IMG/VR virus record: IMGVR_UViG_3300046499_000502
Coordinates: 6,335 to 70,334 of that record
DNA length: 64,000 nucleotides
Direction: 5' to 3' (one strand)
Source: a virus
Part shown: positions 1 to 8,143 of the stretch, one piece after another
Layout: every line of letters starts with the position of its first letter
Position numbering within the stretch: the stretch's first letter is position 1
The notes under the pieces: generated by a model
Database searches by the model: none
Told to the model about the DNA's origin: nothing
The model's input: the letters and a program-made list of their open reading frames with translations, nothing else
Translations under genes and position numbers: made by a program

Positions 1-244
1 AGGCGGCGGCCGGGTAGTCGAAGCCGTCGAACTCGTCGACCAGCTGCGGGTCGAACGCGGCAGCGTGGTCACGGATCAGCGCCATCTGGCCGACGTCGCC
101 GCCGGAGCGGGCCGCGAGGTAGTCGTCGATCAGGGTGGCCGCGTACTCGTCGTGCGCATCGGCGACCGTGATACGGGCCCGGCGCAGCGCAGCGAGATCC
201 GTCTTGGTGGCCAGATCGGCGTCGGAAAGGATGAACGGAGACAT
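1..244 (-). CDS. Hypothetical protein (stop just beyond window), MSPFILSDADL...DYPAAA
   Basis: Manual translation; ATG at 244 with GAAAGGT RBS; GC-rich codon use. Confidence 0.65.
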   Translation of the reverse strand, partial: MSPFILSDADLATKTDLAALRRARITVADAHDEYAATLIDDYLAARSGGDVGQMALIRDHAAAFDPQLVDEFDGFDYPAAA

Positions 245-357
245 GGGGGATCACGGGACCTTTCAGGTCATGGGGTTGCGTGGGGGTGATGCGGGGGTGG
301 GGCACCGCGGGCGGAGACGGGGGGGGTTGTCGACCCGCCCGCGGCGGTCTTGGGGGT

Positions 358-444
358 CTAGCGGGGCCGGTTCTCGCTGCGCTTGTTGGCGTCGGCGACC
401 TTCTTCGACAGCTCGGCGCGCTCGGCGTCGGTCAGGCGGGTCAC
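358..444 (-). CDS. Small hypothetical protein (28 aa)
   Basis: GTG overlaps the upstream TGA (GTGA), GGAGG RBS upstream. Confidence 0.45.
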   Translation of the reverse strand: MTRLTDAERAELSKKVADANKRSENRPR

Positions 445-611
445 GACGCCACCTCCTCGTCCGAAGCGATGACGAGGAACCGGTCGTTACGGATGTCCTG
501 CACGACGGTCACCGGGATGCCCTGGTCGCGGAACGTCTGCGCCTGCTCCTCCGCCGGGAACTGGCCGCGGGGGTGGCCGGCCGGGGACTCGGCGAGAACC
601 TTGCGGGCCAT
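441..611 (-). CDS. Hypothetical protein (56 aa, MARKVLAES...)
   Basis: Manual translation; translationally coupled at both ends. Confidence 0.6.
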   Translation of the reverse strand: MARKVLAESPAGHPRGQFPAEEQAQTFRDQGIPVTVVQDIRNDRFLVIASDEEVAS

Positions 612-790
612 CACACGCCCCCGGCCTCGTCGAGCATCTCCAGCAGCTGCTGCAGCACAACCTCCAGGCGGCCGATCATGCGAGCCATCGCCCGGTCGTC
701 CGCCATGTCCAGCTGCTCAACAGCGGCCAGTTCCCGGCGGGCGGCCTCGATCCGGTAGCGGTCGTGGTCCGTCAGGTCGATGCGGCCCAT
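611..790 (-). CDS. Hypothetical protein (MGRIDLTDH...)
   Basis: C-terminal part of ORF 611..1066; coupled start. Confidence 0.65.
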   Translation of the reverse strand: MGRIDLTDHDRYRIEAARRELAAVEQLDMADDRAMARMIGRLEVVLQQLLEMLDEAGGV

Positions 791-1251
791 CACGCCGCCT
801 CGACCAGGTGCAGCATTCCGGCGGCGGCGAGGCGGCTGCGGGCGCCGGCCATCAGGTCTTCGGCGACGGCGAGACTGTCCGCGTCCAGGTCCGTCATCCG
901 GCCCGACTCGGCAACCGCGGCGAGGTCGGCGACGTGAGTGGCGGCCGTCTCGTACACGGCCACGGCGCGAACCACGGACGGGCCGGCGAGACGCGCCTCC
1001 AGGGACGCCATCGCAGCAGCGGCGAGCGACGGAAGCGGGGCGGTGGGGTCCGTCCACGTGAGCCATCCGGACGTGCCGAACGGGGCGCCGTGCGGGTCAT
1101 CCACGGCGTGGCCGCCCGCGCAGGTCATGTAGTCGCCGGTCGGGGTGCGCATGCCTCGATCGGTACGCGCCGGGCAGGTAGAGCGGACGTAGGACGCGAG
1201 GTCGTGGGTCAGGTGATCGGCCGGCGACATCGGCTGGGTCGTGGTGCTCAT
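790..1251 (-). CDS. Hypothetical protein
   Basis: ORF 790..1272 with coupled ATG at 1251. Confidence 0.7.
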   Translation of the reverse strand: MSTTTQPMSPADHLTHDLASYVRSTCPARTDRGMRTPTGDYMTCAGGHAVDDPHGAPFGTSGWLTWTDPTAPLPSLAAAAMASLEARLAGPSVVRAVAVYETAATHVADLAAVAESGRMTDLDADSLAVAEDLMAGARSRLAAAGMLHLVEAA

Positions 1252-1511
1252 GCCGTCACCGCCTTGGACCACCAGCGGCGCTTCGCCGGCTTCACCGGCT
1301 CACGCAGCGCAAGCGCCTCGTAGTAGAAGGACTCGTGCAGGCGGCCCACGAACATCCAGAGCTCCTCGGACGGCACCTTCGCCGCCAGCTCCATCAGCTC
1401 ATCGGCCATCTCGCCAAACGTGCGGGCGAGCACCTCACGGTCGCCGGACTCCAGGGCGGAGGCGAGGGAAGCGAAGTGGGCGGTGGGGGTGGTGGGGGTC
1501 GCGGTGGTCAT
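1248..1511 (-). CDS. Hypothetical protein
   Basis: ATGA overlaps with both neighbours. Confidence 0.7.
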   Translation of the reverse strand: MTTATPTTPTAHFASLASALESGDREVLARTFGEMADELMELAAKVPSEELWMFVGRLHESFYYEALALREPVKPAKRRWWSKAVTA

Positions 1512-1750
1512 GCCGCCTCCTCGGTAGCGGGCTGAGTGGTGGTGCGGACGGCGGCGCTGTCGAGGAACGCGGCGAGCGCGGCCTCGGAGACGCGGAACCG
1601 GGGGCGGCCGTGGCCCTTGGCGATGTCGATCGCCTCGATGCGGCCGGACTTGATCAGTTCACGCACGTGCTGCGGGGTGCCGCCGATGCGTATGGCGACC
1701 TCTCCGGTGGTCAGGTAGCCGCCCGTGGGGGCGACGGAGACAGGCGTCAC
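1508..1750 (-). CDS. Excisionase-like (HTH_17) DNA-binding protein
   Basis: YLTTGEVAIRIG...HVRELIKSGRIEA...RFRVSEAAL motif. Confidence 0.8.
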   Translation of the reverse strand: MTPVSVAPTGGYLTTGEVAIRIGGTPQHVRELIKSGRIEAIDIAKGHGRPRFRVSEAALAAFLDSAAVRTTTQPATEEAA

Positions 1751-1800
1751 TAGGTGCTCCCCTGCGGTCGACTGGGGTGGACGACTCCATGGAAGCAGTC

Positions 1801-1829
1801 GCTCTAGAGCAAAGCAAGTGCCCTAGAGC
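1801..1829. promoter_or_regulatory. Tandem palindromic operators GCTCTAGAGC / GCCCTAGAGC (probable GntR/KorSA-like binding sites)
   Basis: Perfect 10-bp palindrome 1801-1810 and variant 1820-1829 upstream of the xis-like operon; motif recurs at 2673-2766. Confidence 0.7.
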
Positions 1830-1852
1830 AAGCAGTGGAAATTCAGGCAACG

Positions 1853-1882
1853 AAAAAGCCCCCGCCCATCAAGGGCGGGGGC
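1853..1882 (-). terminator. Intrinsic terminator after the GntR gene
   Basis: GCCCCCGCCC-ATCAA-GGGCGGGGGC stem followed by a T-run on the minus strand. Confidence 0.75.
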
Positions 1883-1895
1883 TCATCTCTGCAGG

Positions 1896-2651
1896 TCAAC
1901 GCTTCACGTCGTACACCAGCAGGAATCGAGAAGCGTCCAGAATCATTCGGTTGAACTCCACGACGCGCCCGTCATCCTGCATCGCCAGTCGATGCTGCTC
2001 GATCACCGGGGCGCCGACAGCCAGACCTAGGTCGTCCGCCTCTACGGGAGTTGCCAGGCGGCTGCGGAACTGCTCGACGAACTCCACGGGGCCGTGGCCA
2101 GCCTCGGACAGTCGCGCATAAATGCCGCCATCCCCAGTGTCGACCTCAGTGATGCGCGTGCCGCGCGCGAACTCGTCCGGGATGTACGAGGTAGCCCGCA
2201 TGACAGGCACCGCGTCGACGGCGTACTTCCGATCACGCCTCCATGCATTGGAGTCGGGCGCCAGGCCAAGCACGCGTGCAACATCGGCGGACACCCGAGG
2301 AAAGTCGACCTGCGGTTCGATCACCGCCCACTCGCGCCCCTCCACGTCGACGTCCCACATCGAGGGAACCCCTTCCCACTGGTCGGGGTACAGCCGCTTC
2401 AGCGCCCTCCGAACGATGGGCTTCCACTCGGCGAGATACCAGCCCGCCCCCTGGCGAGACTCGATGAGCCCCTCGTCGCGCAGCACGCCGAGGGCTTGTC
2501 GCACGGTCATCAACGAAACACCGTAGTGGTCACGCAGACCTCGTTCGCCGGGGAGCTTGCGCGTCACCTCGAAATCACCGGCAGCGATACGCCGGCGCAG
2601 GCCGTCGGCGATCTCCCGATACTTGTGCGTCTCGCCGGGCTTGCGTGGCAC
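1896..2651 (-). CDS. GntR/HutC-family repressor with UTRA domain (KorSA-like)
   Basis: N-terminal YREIADGLRRRI..KLPGER..YGVSLMTVRQAL wHTH and C-terminal UTRA; GTG start with GGAGA RBS (ATG 2675 alternative). Confidence 0.9.
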   Translation of the reverse strand: MPRKPGETHKYREIADGLRRRIAAGDFEVTRKLPGERGLRDHYGVSLMTVRQALGVLRDEGLIESRQGAGWYLAEWKPIVRRALKRLYPDQWEGVPSMWDVDVEGREWAVIEPQVDFPRVSADVARVLGLAPDSNAWRRDRKYAVDAVPVMRATSYIPDEFARGTRITEVDTGDGGIYARLSEAGHGPVEFVEQFRSRLATPVEADDLGLAVGAPVIEQHRLAMQDDGRVVEFNRMILDASRFLLVYDVKR

Positions 2652-2672
2652 GGGCTCTCCTTGGGACGGATT

Positions 2673-2766
2673 CATCTAGAGCAACGCTACCTGCTCTACA
2701 TCTCCGCTGGTCAATGGGTGCCGCGGCCCGACATTGCGGACAGGGTGGCTTTGATTGCTCTAGAGC
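2673..2766. promoter_or_regulatory. Operator copies (CATCTAGAGC 2673, GCTCTACATC 2693, GCTCTAGAGC 2757) in divergent promoter region
   Basis: Same palindrome as 1801-1829, between the divergent GntR and GIY-YIG genes. Confidence 0.65.
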
Positions 2767-2849
2767 GGTACGGTTCTTCGTAGTCGGGGTGTGACAGTGA
2801 GCACACCTCGGGTTGGGGACACCCCTGTCTATCCGCTCGAAGGGAACCC

Positions 2850-3413
2850 ATGGCCGACATTGAGCGCACCGCGCTCTACCGCTACCTCGACGCCGACGGA
2901 CGCCCCTTGTACATCGGGATCACGGGCGACGTGAAGCAGCGCAGGGAGTCGCACGCAAATAGCCGTTGGGACCAGGAGGCCACCGACTACAGAGTCGAGT
3001 GGCACGACACGCTCGCAGACGCGCTAGCTGCCGAATTCAATGCGATCAAGTCCGAGAAGCCGAAGTACAACCGCGCCCACAACTTCGGCGACATCACACT
3101 GGGCGACGTGGACTGGCCGTCTCTCGCGACGGACAACCGCACGAAGGCGATACTGCTCGCCGAGTTCATGCAGAGCGAGATCGACAGCGGGCGCTGGCCT
3201 GTTGGCTATCGAATCCCGGGCCCCCATGAGCTGGCCGCCCGGGCGGATGTAGGGCCCGGCACCGCGATCTCCGCCGTGAAGAAGCTCACCAACCGGCGAT
3301 ACGCCTACCTCCGCCGGGGGTTCGGGCACTTCGTGCGCATGCCGCCCCCACGGCCGAGTTCCCGCCGTTCCGTCCACCGTTTCGACCTTCGGGGCGCTGC
3401 TCGGGACGGGTAG
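2850..3413 (+). CDS. GIY-YIG nuclease domain fused to C-terminal GntR-type winged HTH
   Basis: ALYRY...LYIGIT...R...E..AIKSEKPKYN, then EIDSGRWPVGYRIPG..EL...RRGFGHFV. Confidence 0.8.
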   Translation: MADIERTALYRYLDADGRPLYIGITGDVKQRRESHANSRWDQEATDYRVEWHDTLADALAAEFNAIKSEKPKYNRAHNFGDITLGDVDWPSLATDNRTKAILLAEFMQSEIDSGRWPVGYRIPGPHELAARADVGPGTAISAVKKLTNRRYAYLRRGFGHFVRMPPPRPSSRRSVHRFDLRGAARDG

Positions 3414-3839
3414 CGCATCCTATCGCCTCTGCCAAACCGCGCGTTCCTGCTGGTGGGAGGGCGTTCCCGCGGAGGCTGGTTCGTAATCCGGTGGCCGGGC
3501 CGGCGTCTGGTTTTGATCTAGCGTCGTTTCTGGTCGCGCCATCACCGTCGAGTTTCGGTCTTCGGCTCGACTTCGCCTACCTGCGGTGATCCCGGAGGGG
3601 GTGCAGGGGGTGTACCGCACAATGATCGGATAGACCCCGCGACCTGCAAAGTCGCTGGTCAGCCCCACTCTATGGCAACGACTGTTGCCGATGCTTGATC
3701 CAGTCTGCGGCGTCATCGGCTGCGGCAAGCTGGACCTGAAGACGCGAACGGCCGGGCGCTACCAACGCCCGGCCAGTTCATCAACCAGCGGTGTCCGCCG
3801 CTGATCCGCAATCCGTCTCTCCAGAAAGGGACTACATCC

Positions 3840-4298
3840 GTGACTGTAGCAACCCCCGAGCCTGCCGTCGCCTCGCCCGACGCTCCCCGAACATGGTCGT
3901 TCGTGAACCGTCACACGGGTCGCCCGCAGACCGTCACCTGTATGGCCGGCTGTACCCGCGACCACTCGTCCGACGAGGGCTCGCCGGCGGCGCCGGAGGA
4001 CATCTGGTGCTGGTTTTGGTCGGATCCGCTGACGCTGCCGGTGAATGAGAACGGTGAGCCGGAGGAGTTCAAGGTTCTCGACACGGTGGTCAAGGTGGAG
4101 CCGTGGTCTCCGAAGATCGCCGAGCGGCTGCCCTACGCCGTCATCGAGCTGGTCGACGACCACTTCATCGACGGCCTGGACCCTGACGGTCTGGCCACGG
4201 TGATCCGCACGCTGTCTGACCGCCTGGAGCAGATGCGAGAGACGCACGCGCGCCTGGTCGCGGTCCGCTCCGACTACATGTCACGGACGCGTCCCTAA
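3840..4298 (+). CDS. Conserved actinobacterial mobile-element protein (DUF6907-like)
   Basis: TCMAGCTRDH...EDIWC motif and C-terminal LDPDGLA..I..L coiled coil; GAAAGG RBS. Confidence 0.7.
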   Translation: MTVATPEPAVASPDAPRTWSFVNRHTGRPQTVTCMAGCTRDHSSDEGSPAAPEDIWCWFWSDPLTLPVNENGEPEEFKVLDTVVKVEPWSPKIAERLPYAVIELVDDHFIDGLDPDGLATVIRTLSDRLEQMRETHARLVAVRSDYMSRTRP

Positions 4299-4363
4299 TC
4301 CTGCCGGGGCTCGGCTGTCTCACTAGACTGGCCGGGCCCCACCGTGAGAGGAATTGATCCCAT

Positions 4364-4753
4364 ATGCGCCCTTTGGATTACCGAGATTTTCTGGTTGACC
4401 TGCTGAAGAACACCCCTGGTGTGCAGCGGGTGGAGGTGTTGGAAGGCGGTCCGCAGTCGTTCGCTGTGGCCGTCTCTGTGGGCGGTCGTGACTTGCGCTG
4501 GCAGGTGATCGGTCAGCTGGCGGACGGAGCGAAGCACGACACGCCCACCGCGGCCGTTCAGTCGGGTCCGCCCGCGTTCAAGGCTGCGCCGGTGGATGGC
4601 GCGCCGGACGCGTGGCTGGCCGGGGTGATCGGCGCTGCGGAGCCGGCGGACACGGAGCGCATCGAGGTGTGGTCGACCCGCGACGGCAAGCAGGACGCCG
4701 GGATCACCGTCTTCTTCCACAATGGCGAGAAGGCGTTCGTTCGCCTGTTCTGA
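4364..4753 (+). CDS. Hypothetical protein
   Basis: Clean ORF, GAGAGG RBS, typical codon use. Confidence 0.75.
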   Translation: MRPLDYRDFLVDLLKNTPGVQRVEVLEGGPQSFAVAVSVGGRDLRWQVIGQLADGAKHDTPTAAVQSGPPAFKAAPVDGAPDAWLAGVIGAAEPADTERIEVWSTRDGKQDAGITVFFHNGEKAFVRLF

Positions 4754-5081
4754 GGATTCGCCGCGACCTCCGGCGGAATACCTGACGCATCGGCAACTTC
4801 CCGTCGAATGAGGGAGAACCGCCCATGCGCGATCATGTCGACCCCGCCCAGTGCTCGGCGTGTTGTTCGGTCTGCGGCGCCTACGGTGGTGCGGAGCCCG
4901 GTCAGCCGATGGCGCCGCACCAGCCGCAAGGGAGCCGCGAGATGTGCCCGGGGAGCGGCCAGCCCGCGGTCTGACCGAGCTCTGACGCCTCCGCAGCCTC
5001 GCCCGTTTCGCACGGGCGGGGCTTTGGCGTGTGCGCCCTTGCGGCCGACGCACACCCGTCTGACCGTGGACCGTCAGCAGG

Positions 5082-5351
5082 GTGGCGTACCGACGACAGG
5101 GGGACGACGTGCGACGCAGGTTGGACGACGTGGCTGGCCGGCTGCTGCTGCGGTTGGCGGTGGTGCTGCACCGGACGGTGGCGGGTAGGGCGGCGCGGGA
5201 ACGGCTGCAGGCCCGCCGGAATCGGGCGTTGCGGGCGGCTTACCGCCGGGGCGTGCCGGTGGAGGAACTGGCAGCACGGATGCAGTTGACGCCTAGCTGG
5301 ATCCGGCAGGTGCTCAACGGGAAGAAGCCGGCGGTGGAGGAAGCCGCGTAG
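5082..5351 (+). CDS. Small HTH DNA-binding protein
   Basis: RNRALRAAYRRGVPVEELAARMQLTPSWIRQVL. Confidence 0.65.
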   Translation: MAYRRQGDDVRRRLDDVAGRLLLRLAVVLHRTVAGRAARERLQARRNRALRAAYRRGVPVEELAARMQLTPSWIRQVLNGKKPAVEEAA

Positions 5352-5364
5352 GCGGACAACAGAG

Positions 5365-5394
5365 CGCCCCCGTAGCCGTATGGCTGCGGGGGCG
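5365..5394. terminator. Bidirectional hairpin between convergent genes
   Basis: CGCCCCCGTAGCC-GTAT-GGCTGCGGGGGCG. Confidence 0.65.
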
Positions 5395-5407
5395 TCGTCG
5401 TGGCCGG

Positions 5408-6361
5408 CTACTCCTTGCCGTCGAGGACAGCGCGCCAGGCGCGGAGGTGTTCGGGCTGGACGGCGGTCTCGCCGGGCCCGTCGTAGCTGGCGCGCGCCCA
5501 GTACGCCTCGAACGCGTCGAGGGCTTGCCGGAGGGTGGCGGCCAGCTGGTCCCCACGTTCCTGCCAGACATACCGTTCGGCGGCCAGGTCCTGTCGCTGG
5601 GTGAGTAGGCGATGGCTTGCCTCCTGCTCGTCACGCCAGTGCTTCGCGTGCCGGTAGGCGGTGTCCTCCCACTCCCGGCGCTGAGCCTCTGCCTCTTTGA
5701 CCTGCTCGCGTAGCCGGTCGAGTTCGGGCTGTACGTCGGCGAGCTGGAGGCGCTGCCGGAGTTGGGCGAGGTGCCGGTCCCGGACGTTGAGAACCGTGTC
5801 GGCGATCTCCCGGGCGCGGGCGGCGGCTATGGGCTTGGGCAGGTTGTCCATGAGCAGCGGCTGGACGGCGGCGGCGTACTGCTGGTGGAGCCATTCCGGG
5901 TCGGTGATGGTGGCGGGCTCGGAGTGCTTCTGGGTGCGCGCTTTCTGCTGCCGGTCGTACTCGCGCCAGCGTTCCCCGTGCGAGACGGATGCCGCGCTGC
6001 CGTCATGACGTCGGCAGGGCTCGCCGGGCTGGGCGCCGCAGCCCGGCGGTCGGCAGCGCGCGGACCAGGACGGGTCGGTGATCGTGGCGGGCTCGGTCGC
6101 TTCAGTCGCTGCCGCCTTTCGGAGGTCCGAGAACGGCTTCGGCCACACGTTCGGGTCGGCCATGAATCGGTGCGCCCAGTCCTGTCGGTAGTCGCAGTCG
6201 GGCAGCCAGCAGTGCCAACCGTCCTCGTGAGCGACGAGGTGCAGGGCGCCCGTGGCGTGGTCGTTGCCGCAGGTGAACGGGTGCATGCCGCCCTCCGCCT
6301 GAAAGCGATTCAGGGCGGCCACCTGCTCGGGCGTCCACGGGGCGTGGATCTGGTCGGTCAT
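5408..6361 (-). CDS. Mosaic phage protein with two Cys/His modules and a coiled coil
   Basis: HPFTC...GWHC..C..QDWAH module; internal Zn-finger flanked by EPATITDP repeats. Confidence 0.8.
   Translation of the reverse strand: MTDQIHAPWTPEQVAALNRFQAEGGMHPFTCGNDHATGALHLVAHEDGWHCWLPDCDYRQDWAHRFMADPNVWPKPFSDLRKAAATEATEPATITDPSWSARCRPPGCGAQPGEPCRRHDGSAASVSHGERWREYDRQQKARTQKHSEPATITDPEWLHQQYAAAVQPLLMDNLPKPIAAARAREIADTVLNVRDRHLAQLRQRLQLADVQPELDRLREQVKEAEAQRREWEDTAYRHAKHWRDEQEASHRLLTQRQDLAAERYVWQERGDQLAATLRQALDAFEAYWARASYDGPGETAVQPEHLRAWRAVLDGKE
5897..6096. repeat. 26-bp direct repeat (1 mismatch) at 5897-5922 and 6071-6096
   Basis: CGGGTCGGTGAT(G/C)GTGGCGGGCTCGG, 174 bp apart, in frame. Confidence 0.85.
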
Positions 6362-6756
6362 GCCGCCGCCTCCATCGCCGCCGCGCGGTCGGCGGCAGCC
6401 TCGAAGAGGTGGGCCAGCTGCTCGGCGGTGTGGGTTGCCGCCCAGCCGGACACGGCCTCGTGGGCGCGGCGGACGCGCTGCGAGAAGTACCCGGCCTGCC
6501 AGGTCGCGTCGGGCCAGCCCTGGTCGGTGACCTCTGGGTCGACGAGGCCGCCGATCAGGACGAGCGCGACGCCTTCTGCGATGGCGTGCTCCGGTGTGAT
6601 GACCGTGATGAAGTCCTCGAAGGTCGTGGTGCCGAACAGGGCTCGCCGGAGGGCCATGAACGGGCCGTGGCCGGCGTACTGGGCTGCTTCTCGCAGGCCG
6701 GTGGAGATCGTTGGTGCTGTGGGGAGGGTGGCGAGTTCGGTGACGGACATGCTCAT
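6358..6756 (-). CDS. Hypothetical protein
   Basis: ATG at 6756 with CAGGAG RBS; ATGA coupled to next gene. Confidence 0.7.
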   Translation of the reverse strand: MSMSVTELATLPTAPTISTGLREAAQYAGHGPFMALRRALFGTTTFEDFITVITPEHAIAEGVALVLIGGLVDPEVTDQGWPDATWQAGYFSQRVRRAHEAVSGWAATHTAEQLAHLFEAAADRAAAMEAAA

Positions 6757-6880
6757 GCGGCGGTCTCCTGGGTCATGGGTTGGCCTTCCTGCGGGCTCTG
6801 TGCGGGTTCTGACGGCCTTTCGGGGCCGGGTTGGGGTCCTGGTGCTCCGGCCGGCTCCTGGGCGCTCTGACGGCCGCCTG

Positions 6881-7255
6881 TCACGCTGCCGCCCCTCGCG
6901 GCCCTGTGCGCCTGTCTGCGGCTCTCGCGGCCCCCCGGACGTCCCGAGCGGCCCGCGCGGGCTCCTGGGCGCTCCTGCCGTCGCTGAGCGGCCCTCGCGG
7001 GGGTTCACCGCCCAGCGACGGCAGTTCGAGTTCGTCGGGCCGCAGCAGCCCGCAAGCGACCGCGACAACCGCCGCGTGCGTCCGGGACTTGGCACCCAGC
7101 CGGACCGCGGCCTCCTTCAGCCGCAGATGCACGCCCTGCTCCGTCGTGCCCAGCCGCACGGCTATCTGGCGGCTCGTGTAGCCGGACGCGGCCAGCCGCA
7201 ACGCCGCCAACTGGCCAGGGCTCAACGGCTTGCCCTCGAAGCCGGGGCTTCTCAC
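6881..7255 (-). CDS. LuxR-type HTH regulator
   Basis: PLSPGQLAALRLAASGYTSRQIAVRLGTTEQGV..RLGAKSRTHAAVVA. Confidence 0.8.
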   Translation of the reverse strand: MRSPGFEGKPLSPGQLAALRLAASGYTSRQIAVRLGTTEQGVHLRLKEAAVRLGAKSRTHAAVVAVACGLLRPDELELPSLGGEPPRGPLSDGRSAQEPARAARDVRGAARAADRRTGPRGAAA

Positions 7256-7452
7256 GCCTGCCTCCGCACTTCGTGCCGCCCGCCAACACCGCGCTTGATC
7301 CGCCCGCGGGTATCGAGGTGGCCGTCGGCGTCGGCGAGCATCCGCACCGCGCGGGCCAGCACGTCGCCCGGGATCTCGCCGCGGTAGCAGCGGGACAGGA
7401 TCTCCGCCGTCTGCGGGTCGACCATGACCAGCGGGGCACGGGCCGGGCTCAC
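7252..7452 (-). CDS. Hypothetical protein
   Basis: Coupled GTG start. Confidence 0.55.
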   Translation of the reverse strand: MSPARAPLVMVDPQTAEILSRCYRGEIPGDVLARAVRMLADADGHLDTRGRIKRGVGGRHEVRRQA

Positions 7453-8069
7453 GACCGGGCCTCCTTGCCGGGCTGGGACACGGCGGCGGGGTCGAGGCTG
7501 TGCCCGGGGCACTGGACGTAGACCATTCCGGGCTGCGGCCACCACACGTGCGGAATGTGCGGCTGATGAAGTACCGCTCGGCTGCACGGCACCACCTCCA
7601 CGCCGGAGGTGACGACGTGGTCCCCGGCGTGCCCGGCGGGCTTGATGCAGCCGGAGCCGTCACCCGGGCCCTCGCCGTAGGGGCAGTCGGCGGCGGGCTG
7701 CGTCTCGGGCTGGGGCGCCTCGTCGGCCATGCGGCGCAGCTCGGTGGCACGGCGCCGCAGCCTGCTTTCCGCGTCGCTGAGCGCGATGCGCTGCCGGAAG
7801 TCGTAGCGGTGGTACTCGGCGACGTTCACGTCCGTGGTGTCGCGCATCTCGGCTACGACGTCGGCCGCGGCGCTCCACTCGGCGGCACGACCGGCAGGCG
7901 CGGCCTGCACGAGCGCGATCACCTCACGGGCCGCAGCCAGATAGTGCGAGCAGGACGCGCCGTTCGGATCACTCGCCCAGGGGACGCCGCCATCGCCCCA
8001 GTCCTTCGCGGCGAGGTGACGGGCGACGCGCTCCTCGACGTCGGCCTGCGGGTTGGTGGTCTCGGGCAT
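7449..8069 (-). CDS. Mosaic hypothetical protein with Cys/His knuckles
   Basis: CIKPAGHAGDH and H.PH.W...CPG modules; ATG 8069 (8147 alternative). Confidence 0.7.
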   Translation of the reverse strand: MPETTNPQADVEERVARHLAAKDWGDGGVPWASDPNGASCSHYLAAAREVIALVQAAPAGRAAEWSAAADVVAEMRDTTDVNVAEYHRYDFRQRIALSDAESRLRRRATELRRMADEAPQPETQPAADCPYGEGPGDGSGCIKPAGHAGDHVVTSGVEVVPCSRAVLHQPHIPHVWWPQPGMVYVQCPGHSLDPAAVSQPGKEARS

Positions 8070-8143
8070 CGTGCGCTCCAGGTCGTGGGAGGGTTCGGGG
8101 TGCGGGCCGACGCCGATACCAGCGGCGTCGGCCCGTCCTGCGG

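Noticed and set aside
5762-7387. Long plus-strand ORFs such as 5762..7387, 36923..38842 and 46660..48048, and minus-strand 26871..28109
   Set aside because: Antisense shadows of real genes, expected in roughly 70% GC DNA; no protein motifs
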